From Candidatus Doudnabacteria bacterium (GTDB lineage: Bacteria > Patescibacteriota > Doudnabacteria > UBA920), in NCBI GenBank assembly GCA_963768175.1, contig CAVYGQ010000001.1:318305-382304 (forward strand): a DNA stretch of 64,000 bases, written 5' to 3'. The translations under genes and the position numbers were made by a program. A model generated the notes under the pieces. It worked only from the letters and a program-made list of their open reading frames with translations. It searched no databases and had not been told where the DNA came from. Below are positions 17,420 through 26,848 of the stretch, in pieces (position 1 is the first letter of the stretch; every line of letters starts with the position of its first letter).

Positions 17420-17995
17420 ATGCTGCAGATCGACTGGGGCCTGGACTTTATTGCCTTGGTTGTCTTGTGGTATGTTCTGAACGAAATTGCCGGTCGCTAC
17501 CGGCCTAAACGCCAAAACCGGGACATGGAAGAACTGGACAAGCTCTCCCAGATTCTGACTCGGGAGTTTAATAACAACGCCTTCCTGGAGGAGAAAGGCA
17601 ATGAGTTATATCAGTCGCTTCTGGATGGTATAACACTGAACCCCGATTTTAATTTGCTGCCCGACGGTAGCAAATATTTAGGGTGCGAACAGCTTTTGGC
17701 CAGGTACTGCAGGAACGGGGTGATAAGCGTCCTGGCGGTGGAAGCCGTAGACCAAAGCCAGACGGCTGGACGCGTCCCCATACTGACCGTATGGCTGGAC
17801 GTGAAGGGAGCCAGAATAGTCCGGTACGAACTTTGGCGGAAACAGTACGCCGACTTTGTTCCGGAAGCGATTACAAGCCTGGCTTGGCTGGTGCAGTTCT
17901 TTGTAGCGACGTGGCGGTTTCCCGCGCTACTGGCCAACAAGGAAATAATATCATACCACCCCGGCGTAGTAGCTAAATTAAGGCAACAGCCTTAA
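17420..17995 (+). CDS. Hypothetical protein
   Basis: 191-aa ORF with one N-terminal hydrophobic segment. Confidence 0.45.
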   Translation: MLQIDWGLDFIALVVLWYVLNEIAGRYRPKRQNRDMEELDKLSQILTREFNNNAFLEEKGNELYQSLLDGITLNPDFNLLPDGSKYLGCEQLLARYCRNGVISVLAVEAVDQSQTAGRVPILTVWLDVKGARIVRYELWRKQYADFVPEAITSLAWLVQFFVATWRFPALLANKEIISYHPGVVAKLRQQP

Positions 17996-18295
17996 ATCCC
18001 CCCTGGACCGTATTTTGGTTCCAGGGGATTCGTTTATAATAAAATAAATTGTTATTGAACTAAAACCGGATTTGGTGATATAGTTATAAAGACCTCTTGC
18101 GAGATAACATTTTGGCTAATTTCCCCAAACTTCGGGTTTGAGCCGGCACTGGCGAAGCCAGATGCCATCAAAGCTCTGCAAAACCCTCAAAACTCCTCCG
18201 CTTAGCTACTTAGCTAAACATCGTCGTTTGTTCGGGTTTTTCGCTCGAAGTTTGTAAAAATTATTTCAAAAGCTTATCTCGCAAGACGTCTTAGT

Positions 18296-18859
18296 ATGGA
18301 AGAAATTTTGGATTCGGAACTAATTAAGCAATATTTTAAAGGAGACGAACGGGCGCTAGACACTTTGGTCCGGCGCTATTTTAAGCAGGTATTCTTTTTT
18401 GCCAAGACTTACGTAAAAAATGACGCCGAAGCCGAAGACATAACCCAGGAGGTGTTCGTTAAAGCCTGGAAAAATTTAAGCAAATTTGAGCCGGACAAAA
18501 AATTCAAAACCTGGCTGTTCCAAATTACCAAAAATACCTGCATTGACTTTTTACGCAAGCACAAAAATTTTGTGGCCTCCGAGTCCTTAGACGAGCAGCA
18601 AATGGCGGAAAATTTGGAAAGGATTATAGACAAAGCCCCTTTGCCGGAGGAACTGTTTTTGGCCGCGGAGTTTTCCCAAAAACTGGATGAGGTTTTAAGC
18701 CGCCTGCCCAAAATTTACGAAACGGTGGTGGTTTTGCATTTGCAGCACGATTTAACTTTTCAGGAAATTTCCGAAGTCTTAGACGAGTCTATAAATACCA
18801 TTAAAAGCCGCTATAGGCGCGCTTTACTTATAATTAGGGAAGGTTTTGAGCAACATTAA
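18296..18859 (+). CDS. RNA polymerase sigma-70 family ECF sigma factor
   Basis: Region 2 (DAEDITQEVFVKAWKNL...WLFQITKNTCIDFLR) and region 4 HTH (TFQEISEVLDESINTIKSRYRRAL). Confidence 0.8.
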   Translation: MEEILDSELIKQYFKGDERALDTLVRRYFKQVFFFAKTYVKNDAEAEDITQEVFVKAWKNLSKFEPDKKFKTWLFQITKNTCIDFLRKHKNFVASESLDEQQMAENLERIIDKAPLPEELFLAAEFSQKLDEVLSRLPKIYETVVVLHLQHDLTFQEISEVLDESINTIKSRYRRALLIIREGFEQH

Positions 18860-18924
18860 GCTTAAAAACGGTTATTTTTGCACCAAAAAGCCAAAAATAT
18901 CGTATAATTAATAAGGTTAAGACT

Positions 18925-19395
18925 ATGAAAATAACTTCCCAACAACCCGACCAGGACCAAACGGCTTTAGAGCAGGCTATTAAAAGGCATCTTGAGCAAA
19001 ACCATTTGCCCGATTTTGGCAATTACCTTTTGGACGAAGTCTTAAACCGCCTGGATTACGAACGCGAGCTGAAAATTTTAAAGCCCAAACTTTGGACGGC
19101 CGTAGGTATTTTTCTGGCCGGCCTAGGGCTCTTGGCCTTAGCCGCCGGCATCTCCTGGCAAGCTTTCGCCCAAACCCCCACCCAGCATTATTTTTCTTTA
19201 ATATTCACCGATTTTAATTCAATAATAATCAACTGGCAGGACTATACTTTAGGAGTTTTGGAAAGCTTACCTTTGGGGGCACTGGCAATCCTGCTATCCA
19301 GTCTGCTTGGCAGTATTGTACTGGTGGATTTAGCCACGCACCGTCTGTTGAATTTTCGCAAAGCCTTAAACGCCGCCCATTACGTGCACCGTTAA
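18925..19395 (+). CDS. Membrane protein, candidate anti-sigma factor
   Basis: Immediately downstream of the ECF sigma gene, with TM helices. Lacks an obvious zf-HC2 motif, so the call rests on position only. Confidence 0.3.
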   Translation: MKITSQQPDQDQTALEQAIKRHLEQNHLPDFGNYLLDEVLNRLDYERELKILKPKLWTAVGIFLAGLGLLALAAGISWQAFAQTPTQHYFSLIFTDFNSIIINWQDYTLGVLESLPLGALAILLSSLLGSIVLVDLATHRLLNFRKALNAAHYVHR

Positions 19396-19446
19396 AAATT
19401 GGCGGAAGATTAGACATCCATCCTTTGAAGTATTAACTATAAATAT

Positions 19447-19953
19447 ATGGAGATCCCTAACGGGGCAAAAAATAACCCCCCCGACGACAAACCCAAAGGC
19501 AGCGCTTTAAGCCCGGTTTTTAACAAAACTCCGCACTCTAAAACATTCAAATTTATTATAGTGTTTTTGGCGGAACTGATCCTTTTGGTAGGAGTCTTCT
19601 CCCTGGGTGTAAATGTCGGGATTAAAAAGGCCGGCTTTACTTACGCCTGGAGCCAAAATTATTTTAACAACTTTGGCGGACGCAGCCCCCTTGTCCCGCC
19701 GCCTCCCAGCGGCCAGTTTTTTAATGCCCACGGGTTGGACGGCACCATTTTGACGCTCGACAAAAATACCGTAATTATCAAGGACGAAGACAACAACGAA
19801 AAAACTTTGGTAATTTCACCGCAAACTACCATACGGCAAAACTTCCAGAACATCCAAGCCGGTAATTTAAAAATTGGCGAAGAAATAATTGTCATCGGCG
19901 AGCCGAACCCGCAGGGCCAAATTGACGCTAAACTAATAAGAGTTTTAAACTAA
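19447..19953 (+). CDS. Membrane-anchored hypothetical protein
   Basis: Single N-terminal TM, Pro-rich linker, C-terminal beta-rich domain. Confidence 0.4.
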   Translation: MEIPNGAKNNPPDDKPKGSALSPVFNKTPHSKTFKFIIVFLAELILLVGVFSLGVNVGIKKAGFTYAWSQNYFNNFGGRSPLVPPPPSGQFFNAHGLDGTILTLDKNTVIIKDEDNNEKTLVISPQTTIRQNFQNIQAGNLKIGEEIIVIGEPNPQGQIDAKLIRVLN

Positions 19954-19962
19954 CAAAAAAAT

Positions 19963-21738
19963 ATGCCAAACGACATCCCCGCCAAAGGCGGAAAAACATT
20001 TTTTAAATCTTTGCTCTCCGGCAAAAAAAAGTATATGGTCTTAATTGTTTTGCTTATTGCCGGCTATTTTATTTATAAGCACTATTCGGGCTCCGGCGCC
20101 CCCACGCGCTATGTTTTAGGCCAGGCCAGCACACAAACTATTGTCACTTCCGTTTCCGGGACCGGACAGGTCTCGCAAAACAGGACGGTTAACATAACCG
20201 CGCCAAGTTCCGGCAAACTTACGGCTATAAGCGTAATACAGGGCCAGCAAATTAAAGCCGGACAAACCATAGCAATAGTAGATGAAACCAACAACACCAT
20301 TGCGCTAAACCAGGCTAAGGCATCCCTTGCCAGCGCCCAAGCCAGTTACGACCAGGTTATGGCCGGAGCCACCAGCCAAAGCATCCAGCTGTCCCAGCTT
20401 ACCGTGCAGTCCGACCAGCAGGCTTTGGATAATGCCAGTACCAGTTTGGCAACCGTAATCAAACAACAAGACCAGGCCGTGGCCAACGCGCTAAGCGCCT
20501 ACTTAAACGCGGGATTACAGGCCGTTCCGAGTTCCGGCAACAACAGCAACGGAACCATCGCCATTTCAGGAACCTATACCGGCACCGACCAGGGCGCATA
20601 TACCATTACCACCTACAACACCGGCGGGGGATTGGAATACGTAGTCAGCGGGCTGGAAACGGCCAGCGGGCCCATAAACAAAGTCTCGCCCATAGCTTTG
20701 GGAACCAAAGTCCTGTTTATGCAATTTACCGGAAATTTTTTGAACAACGACAGCTGGACGGTCTCTATCCCAAACTTATTGGCCTCAAGCTACAGCTCCG
20801 CTTATAACGCTTACCAAAATGCCTTAACCAGCCAGACCTCGGCGGAAGCCACCGCCCAAAACCAGGTACAAAGCGCCCAGAACAAACTACAGCAGGACCA
20901 AATAAACCTAAGTGTCCTTGAGGAGCCGCCCACCAACCAGCAGGTAGAAAGCGCCCAAGCTTCTTTGACGCAGGCCCAAGCCCAGCTGCAAAACGCGCAA
21001 ATCGCCTACCAAAATAATATTTTAAGTTCTCCTTTTGACGGCCAAGTCGCGCAGTTAAACAACCAGGTCGGCGACCAGGTTACCGCCTCCACAATTATCG
21101 CGGTGGTGGTCAGCCCGCAGTCGTTGGCCGTAATACCGCTTAACGAAGTGGACGTGGCAAAAGTTAAACTCAGCGATAAAGCCACTATGACTTTTGATGC
21201 CGTGAACGGCCTGACCATTACCGGCACCGTGGTGGAAATTGACAACATCGGCACGGTCAGCCAGGGAGTGGTAAACTATAACGTAAAAATTGCTTTTGAC
21301 ACCGAAGATCCGCGCGTTAAACCGGGTATGAGCGTAAATGTTTCTGTCATTACCGATATCCAAGCCGACGTTTTGGCCGTGCCCAACTCGGCCATCCAGA
21401 CCCAAGGAACCCAAAACTATGTGCAAATTTTGGATCCGACCAAAACCCAAAGTACTACGGGCGTAACCGGCGTAACCTCATCTGTGATACCGACTAATGT
21501 AGTCGTGCAAACCGGCGCCTCCGACGACACCTACACGCAAATTACCAGCGGCAGCCTGAAAGCCGGCGATACCGTGGTCACGCAAACCATTGCGACCACC
21601 GCGACTAAATCCGCGGCCTCCACGGCAACCAGCGCTTTAAGGCTCGGCGGTGGCGGAGGATTCGGCGGCGGAGGCGGAGCCGCGGTCATAAGAACAACCA
21701 CGGGCGGCAGCGCAGCTCCAGCAGCGGCGGGAAGATAG
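19963..21738 (+). CDS. Efflux periplasmic adaptor (HlyD/MacA family) with Gly-rich C-terminus
   Basis: N-terminal TM, long coiled-coil (QAKASLASAQASYDQ..., LTQAQAQLQNAQIAY), and biotinyl-lipoyl-like and beta-barrel segments typical of membrane fusion proteins. Confidence 0.7.
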   Translation: MPNDIPAKGGKTFFKSLLSGKKKYMVLIVLLIAGYFIYKHYSGSGAPTRYVLGQASTQTIVTSVSGTGQVSQNRTVNITAPSSGKLTAISVIQGQQIKAGQTIAIVDETNNTIALNQAKASLASAQASYDQVMAGATSQSIQLSQLTVQSDQQALDNASTSLATVIKQQDQAVANALSAYLNAGLQAVPSSGNNSNGTIAISGTYTGTDQGAYTITTYNTGGGLEYVVSGLETASGPINKVSPIALGTKVLFMQFTGNFLNNDSWTVSIPNLLASSYSSAYNAYQNALTSQTSAEATAQNQVQSAQNKLQQDQINLSVLEEPPTNQQVESAQASLTQAQAQLQNAQIAYQNNILSSPFDGQVAQLNNQVGDQVTASTIIAVVVSPQSLAVIPLNEVDVAKVKLSDKATMTFDAVNGLTITGTVVEIDNIGTVSQGVVNYNVKIAFDTEDPRVKPGMSVNVSVITDIQADVLAVPNSAIQTQGTQNYVQILDPTKTQSTTGVTGVTSSVIPTNVVVQTGASDDTYTQITSGSLKAGDTVVTQTIATTATKSAASTATSALRLGGGGGFGGGGGAAVIRTTTGGSAAPAAAGR

Positions 21739-21849
21739 GACAAATGACAAAAATGACATAAATTAAAAAAATAATAAAAATTATCCGCGACCTTGCAGTT
21801 TATTTTTGTCATTCTTGTTCATTTTTGTTCATTTTTGTCATTACTCTTT

Positions 21850-22554
21850 ATGATTGAAGTCCAAAATGTTACAAAAACTTATACAAGCGGCGATAACTCA
21901 ACCCAGGCGCTAAAAGGCGTAACCTTTACAATTAAAGACGGCGAGTTTGTGGCAATTATGGGGCCTTCCGGCAGCGGCAAATCCACGCTCATGCATATTA
22001 TCGGCGCGCTGGACACGCCGACTTCGGGCAAATATTTCCTGGACGGCAAGGATGTTTCCGAACTTAGCGAAGAGCAGTTGGCGGAAATCCGCAAAGACAA
22101 AATCGGTTTTGTTTTCCAATCCTTTAACCTCTTGCCAAGGACTACGGTTTTAAGGAACGTGGAATTACCCTTAATGTATGCCGAAGTGCCAAAGGCAAAG
22201 CGTGAAGAACTGGCCAAGCAAGCACTTTTGGCCGCCGGCATGGATGAAGAGCACTTTTCCCACTTTTCCAACCAACTTTCCGGCGGGCAAATGCAAAGAG
22301 TAGCCATAGCCCGGGCTTTAGTAAACAACCCTACTTTAATTTTGGCGGATGAGCCCACCGGCAATTTGGACACTAAAACCGGGGAAATTGTGCTTGGCAC
22401 CTTCCAAAAATTAAACAAAGAAGGCCATACGGTTATTTTAATTACCCACGAACGCGACGTGGCCGAACACGCGCAAAGAATCATCCACATCCGCGACGGG
22501 GTGGTACAAAATGACGGGAACTCGCACCAACCAAAAATTATTAATCTTAATTAA
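21850..22554 (+). CDS. ABC transporter ATP-binding protein (MacB/LolD-like)
   Basis: Trimmed to MIEVQNVTKTY. Walker A GPSGSGKST, signature LSGGQMQRVAIARAL, Walker B ILADEPTGNLD. Confidence 0.8.
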   Translation: MIEVQNVTKTYTSGDNSTQALKGVTFTIKDGEFVAIMGPSGSGKSTLMHIIGALDTPTSGKYFLDGKDVSELSEEQLAEIRKDKIGFVFQSFNLLPRTTVLRNVELPLMYAEVPKAKREELAKQALLAAGMDEEHFSHFSNQLSGGQMQRVAIARALVNNPTLILADEPTGNLDTKTGEIVLGTFQKLNKEGHTVILITHERDVAEHAQRIIHIRDGVVQNDGNSHQPKIINLN

Positions 22555-22628
22555 TCCGCCTTAGGCAGGCCGGTTGTAATTTTTATCAATTACCGTAAAA
22601 ACGCAATCAAGCAAAAAATCTAACAATT

Positions 22629-23858
22629 ATGTTGAACAAAGATTTATTTGAAGAAACCTACTGGGCGCTATCCGCCAACAAAGTCAGGACTTCCCTGACT
22701 ATGCTGGGCATTATTATTGGCATCGGCTCGGTTATTGCCATGATAGCCGTCGGCCAAGGCTCGCAAGCCAGCATTGCCTCCAGCATCCAGGCTTCCGGCG
22801 CCAATTTGCTGACCGTAACGCCGGGCGCGGTCAGGGGAGTCGGCACGCAAGTCAGCGCCGGCCGCGGCAGCGCGCAAACTTTGTTGCAAACCGATGCCGA
22901 CGCCATTTCCAGCGGCGTGGCTCTGGTCAAGGAAGTATCCCCGGAATTTGCCACGCGCGACCAAATTACCGCCAAAGGCACCAATACCAACACGCAGGTC
23001 ATCGGCAGCACGCAAAATTATATAGATGTCCATAACGTACAAATTGACCAGGGTGCCTTTATTACCGCCCAGGAAAACACCTCTTTGGCCAAGGTCGCCG
23101 TTTTGGGGCCCACAACGGCGGGCGACTTATTCGGCGTGGGAGCCAACGCGGTAGGCCAAACCATAAAAATCAACAGCCAAGAATTTAAAGTCATCGGCGT
23201 AACCGTGGCCAAAGGAGGTACCGGTTTTAATAACCCGGACACTGCCGTGTTTATTCCGCTGGACACAGTTGAGCACTTTTTGGCCGGCGATACGACCGGT
23301 TATTTAACCAGCATTGCCGTCCAGGTACAGGACGCCAACTCCATGGACGCGGCGCAAAACCAAATTACCAACTTGCTGCTTAGCCGCCATCAAATTACCG
23401 ATCCGACACTTGCGGATTTTAGCATTATTAACCAGGCAGACATTTTAGCCAGCGCCTCCACCGTTACGGGCACATTCACGATTTTGCTGGCCTCGGTCGC
23501 GGCTATTTCGCTTTTGGTCGGCGGTATTGGCATTATGAACATGATGCTGACCACGGTAACCGAACGCACCCGGGAAATCGGGCTTAGAAAAGCCATTGGC
23601 GCGCAGAAAAACGACATTACCAAACAATTCCTAAGCGAAGCCATAGCTTTAACTTTTTTGGGCGGTATTATTGGAATTGTTTTTGGCTGGCTTTTGGCTT
23701 TAGGCGTGCAGCATTTCGCCAACATTGCCGCGCAGGTTTCCTTGTCTTCCATCTTTTTGGCTTTCGGGGTTTCCGCCGCCATCGGTATAATATTCGGCTA
23801 CTATCCGGCGCGACGCGCCGCGGCACTGAACCCAATAGAAGCGTTGAGGTACGAATAA
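22629..23858 (+). CDS. ABC transporter permease (FtsX/MacB-like)
   Basis: N-terminal TM, large periplasmic domain, and C-terminal four-helix FtsX-like permease domain (LTTVTERTREIGLRKAIGA). Confidence 0.8.
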   Translation: MLNKDLFEETYWALSANKVRTSLTMLGIIIGIGSVIAMIAVGQGSQASIASSIQASGANLLTVTPGAVRGVGTQVSAGRGSAQTLLQTDADAISSGVALVKEVSPEFATRDQITAKGTNTNTQVIGSTQNYIDVHNVQIDQGAFITAQENTSLAKVAVLGPTTAGDLFGVGANAVGQTIKINSQEFKVIGVTVAKGGTGFNNPDTAVFIPLDTVEHFLAGDTTGYLTSIAVQVQDANSMDAAQNQITNLLLSRHQITDPTLADFSIINQADILASASTVTGTFTILLASVAAISLLVGGIGIMNMMLTTVTERTREIGLRKAIGAQKNDITKQFLSEAIALTFLGGIIGIVFGWLLALGVQHFANIAAQVSLSSIFLAFGVSAAIGIIFGYYPARRAAALNPIEALRYE

Positions 23859-23966
23859 ATCATGTAAGCATTTAAGCATACAAACATTTTAACACTCGGG
23901 TAAATTCGCGATGCTTAAATGTTTACATGTTTAGATGTTTAAATGAATAATTAACTAAGGACCAAC

Positions 23967-24413
23967 ATGACAAGCAAACAATGGATTATCTTGATAGTGG
24001 TTGCGGTAGTTTTCGCGGGCGGCGGTTTTTTTGGCGGGATGAAATACCAGGCCTCTAAGACTCCGGCTGTAGCCGTAAGGACAAGCACGGCTGGCGCCGC
24101 AGGAGCGGCGGGAGCTTTTGCCGGACGCAGAAGTGGTACAGGAGCCAACGCCAGCTTTATTAGCGGTGACGTGCTTAGCGTAAACGGCAATACCATTACC
24201 GTTAAGTTGGCAAGCGGCGGCTCGCAAGTCGCGGTACTCGCCCCTTCCACCCAATACCGCAAAGCGGTTGACGGCACAAGCGCGGACGTGGCCGTAGGCA
24301 GCCAGGTTACCATAACCGGCACCACCAATTCCGACGGCAGTTTAACGGCCCAAAGCGTGCAAATCCGCACGGCAAGTTCAACCTCTCCCGGTATGGGAAT
24401 GCCTCCGCAATAG
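23967..24413 (+). CDS. Secreted/membrane-anchored Ala-Gly-rich hypothetical protein
   Basis: N-terminal hydrophobic helix and AGAAGAAGAFAG low-complexity region. Confidence 0.4.
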   Translation: MTSKQWIILIVVAVVFAGGGFFGGMKYQASKTPAVAVRTSTAGAAGAAGAFAGRRSGTGANASFISGDVLSVNGNTITVKLASGGSQVAVLAPSTQYRKAVDGTSADVAVGSQVTITGTTNSDGSLTAQSVQIRTASSTSPGMGMPPQ

Positions 24414-24556
24414 CATTTTTAAAAATCCCCGTCACGGTGAATCGGGGCGGGGATTTATGCTATAATAGAAGTATTAAACTTATATTAGCTCCTCGGCTCG
24501 GAAACTTAAAAGTCAAACTTTTAAGTTTCTCTCGCTCTACGTCGCTAATAAAAAGC

Positions 24557-25222
24557 ATGGATACACACCCAACGGCAGGAATCGTCCAAAGATACCTCTC
24601 CCTAAAATCGCATAAAGTTTTTTACCTCCAGCTAGTTACGGGAATTTTATTTTTGTCCCTTAGCCTGTTTTTCAATTACTACGCGCAGGCCTACACCGCC
24701 ACCCACTCCACCAACAACTCCGTCAGCGATATTATTTTAGACCACTTGCCGGCCAAAAACGTGGACGACGTGTTTTTGGAAGGCTTTATGATTTTTATCG
24801 CTTTTGTCACGGTGCTGGCCATCCACAAACCCAGCCGTATTCCGTTTATCCTCAAAGCCTCGGCTTTGTTTATTTTTACCCGCGCAATTTTTATTACCTT
24901 AACGCATTTGGCGCCGCCCGCCCACATGACCACGGTCAACGCGGTAAGTTTTTGGGAAAGATTGCTTTCCGGTTCCGGGGATGACCTATTTTTTTCCGGC
25001 CATACGGGGTTTCCGTATTTAATGGCGTTGATTTTTTGGCAAAACAAATACCTGCGCTGGCTGTTTTTGGCAACTGCCGTCTTTTTTGGCGGAGCGGTGC
25101 TTTTGGGGCACCTGCACTATTCTATAGACGTTTTTTCGGCCTTCTTTATAACCTACGGCATTTTCAACATTGCCAAGCGCATATTTAAAAAAGATTACGA
25201 ATTTTTTCCTTATCATAAATGA
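24557..25222 (+). CDS. PAP2-like membrane phosphatase (tentative)
   Basis: Trimmed to MDTHP at 24557. FFSGHTG and GHLHYSIDVF resemble the PSGH and SR..H...D motifs of PAP2 phosphatases. Multiple TM helices. Confidence 0.4.
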   Translation: MDTHPTAGIVQRYLSLKSHKVFYLQLVTGILFLSLSLFFNYYAQAYTATHSTNNSVSDIILDHLPAKNVDDVFLEGFMIFIAFVTVLAIHKPSRIPFILKASALFIFTRAIFITLTHLAPPAHMTTVNAVSFWERLLSGSGDDLFFSGHTGFPYLMALIFWQNKYLRWLFLATAVFFGGAVLLGHLHYSIDVFSAFFITYGIFNIAKRIFKKDYEFFPYHK

Positions 25223-25235
25223 GACAACCAGGCAT

Positions 25236-25970
25236 ATGGAAAATAACGAACATTCAATTATCCATCACTTAATCTCGGAAAAACGCCGCATAGGCAGAAT
25301 CTCCCAAATTAGGGAACTAATATTCGGGGCCCAGGACGGTTTATTAACTTCCATAATTATTGTATCTACGGTGGCAGGGGCTTTTACCGACAGCCGCGTG
25401 GTGTTAATAACAGGCGTTGCACAAGGCCTGGCCGGCGCCATTTCCATGGGTACGGGAGCTTTTCTGGCCTCCGAGGCGGAACATCAAGTTCAACATGCCG
25501 AGCTTATAAAAGAGAGGGCTGCCAACAGACATTCACCGGAAGAAGAAAAAGAAGAAATGTTATTATTGTTTGAGCATGAAGACGTGCCTAAGCATAATGC
25601 TACGGTAATCGTTGAAAATTTGATGACCAGCGAAAAAGCTTTCTTTAATACCATGGTACAAAAGGAATTCGGCATTGACCCGGCGCCTTCTACCACACCT
25701 TTGGCCGACAGCTTTGTAGTTGGGACATCGTATCTTATTACTTCATTTGTGCCGCTTCTGCCTTACTTTTTTTTACCGGTTAAACACGCGCTTTTTTACT
25801 CCATATCATTTACCATTTTTACATTATTCGGATTGGGGGCATTGAAAGCCAAATTCGCCAAGTTGCATTATATCAAAAGCGGCTTGCAAATAGTCGTTAT
25901 CGGAGCCTTATCCGGCCTGGGAGGCTACTTGCTCGGCACAGTTTTGCCGAGGGTGTTGGGAATTAAATAG
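25236..25970 (+). CDS. VIT1/CCC1-family (iron/manganese transporter-like) membrane protein
   Basis: Trimmed to MENNEH at 25236. ELIFGAQDGLLTSIIIVSTVAGA is the characteristic VIT-family signature. Confidence 0.6.
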   Translation: MENNEHSIIHHLISEKRRIGRISQIRELIFGAQDGLLTSIIIVSTVAGAFTDSRVVLITGVAQGLAGAISMGTGAFLASEAEHQVQHAELIKERAANRHSPEEEKEEMLLLFEHEDVPKHNATVIVENLMTSEKAFFNTMVQKEFGIDPAPSTTPLADSFVVGTSYLITSFVPLLPYFFLPVKHALFYSISFTIFTLFGLGALKAKFAKLHYIKSGLQIVVIGALSGLGGYLLGTVLPRVLGIK

Positions 25971-25995
25971 CCAAAATAAGTTCTTACTAAATAAA

Positions 25996-26023
25996 AAGAC
26001 TCTGCCTGGCGCGGAGTCTTTTT
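25996..26023 (+). terminator. Intrinsic terminator
   Basis: agactctgcctggcgcggagtct hairpin plus ttttt. Confidence 0.6.
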
Positions 26024-26073
26024 ATGGTGGGCACTATTTGACAAAGTTGGAACAGAAATAGCTAAAAATATGG

Positions 26074-26736
26074 CTACAGTTTTTTAATTTCGGCAGTTGC
26101 TGTTCCGGATTTTTTATTAATTTTGTAAGGCCCAATCTTATAGCCCATTTCTTTTGCCAAAACTCGGTACATTGATGCTTTGGCTTTTTCATCTTCAGCA
26201 AAATTTTCTCCTTCAACAAAAAATTGAACAATGTTTCTTCCGCTACTTACAGCGTCCAAAATATTTTCTCTGTACCCTTCTCTCTTTTTTGCAATTTCTT
26301 CAGGTGGACTGCCTTTGTCAGCTAAAAGCTGCCAATATTTTTCAGAGTATTGACTGTCTCTGTCGGTCGCTATTTCCGCAGCCCCTAGTTGTTGCCTTAA
26401 TCTTGCAATTTCAGCAGCGTCTTCATTTCGTCTTTGGGCATGTGCTTCGGCCTTAAAAGGTTTTAAAATTCTGCGTTCGCCATTTTGACCAACGGCCACG
26501 GCTTCAAAATCTGTGCCTTCTCCCTTGTTTATTACAAAACTTTCTCCTTCGTTCAACGGGATAAAATTCCCTTCAGGATCCCTTACTCCTGTTTCTTTAC
26601 CGTTTTCAATTCTTGGTTGCCATAACTGCCTTTCTGATAAAGCCGAGCCGGGTCGGCGCAAGTTTGTTGTTGAATTTTTAGAAGGTTGATTATTTTTATC
26701 CTGAAAATCAGGGTTATCAAATTGTCCTGGGCGCAT
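26074..26736 (-). CDS. Hypothetical protein
   Basis: 220-aa ORF with no recognisable motifs. Confidence 0.4.
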   Translation of the reverse strand: MRPGQFDNPDFQDKNNQPSKNSTTNLRRPGSALSERQLWQPRIENGKETGVRDPEGNFIPLNEGESFVINKGEGTDFEAVAVGQNGERRILKPFKAEAHAQRRNEDAAEIARLRQQLGAAEIATDRDSQYSEKYWQLLADKGSPPEEIAKKREGYRENILDAVSSGRNIVQFFVEGENFAEDEKAKASMYRVLAKEMGYKIGPYKINKKSGTATAEIKKL

Positions 26737-26813
26737 ATAAAAAAATTTAATGCTAAAATCCTTTGCTTAAAATATAGCAAATTTTGGCTTAAAATAACAG
26801 GTGGATAAGGCCT

Positions 26814-26842
26814 TTGACACATCCAAATTGTTCAGGTATAAT
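26814..26842 (+). promoter_or_regulatory. Consensus sigma-70 promoter (TTGACA-N17-TATAAT) with no ORF downstream
   Basis: ttgaca at 26814..26819 and tataat at 26837..26842, with an exact 17-nt spacer. Confidence 0.55.
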
Positions 26843-26848
26843 TCTTAT

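Noticed and set aside
21055-21450. Minus-strand ORFs (131 aa and others) inside the MacA-like and ABC genes, and the plus-strand 28378..28956 ORF inside ahcY
   Set aside because: These are antisense shadow ORFs in GC-richer coding regions. The opposite strand carries strongly motif-supported proteins.
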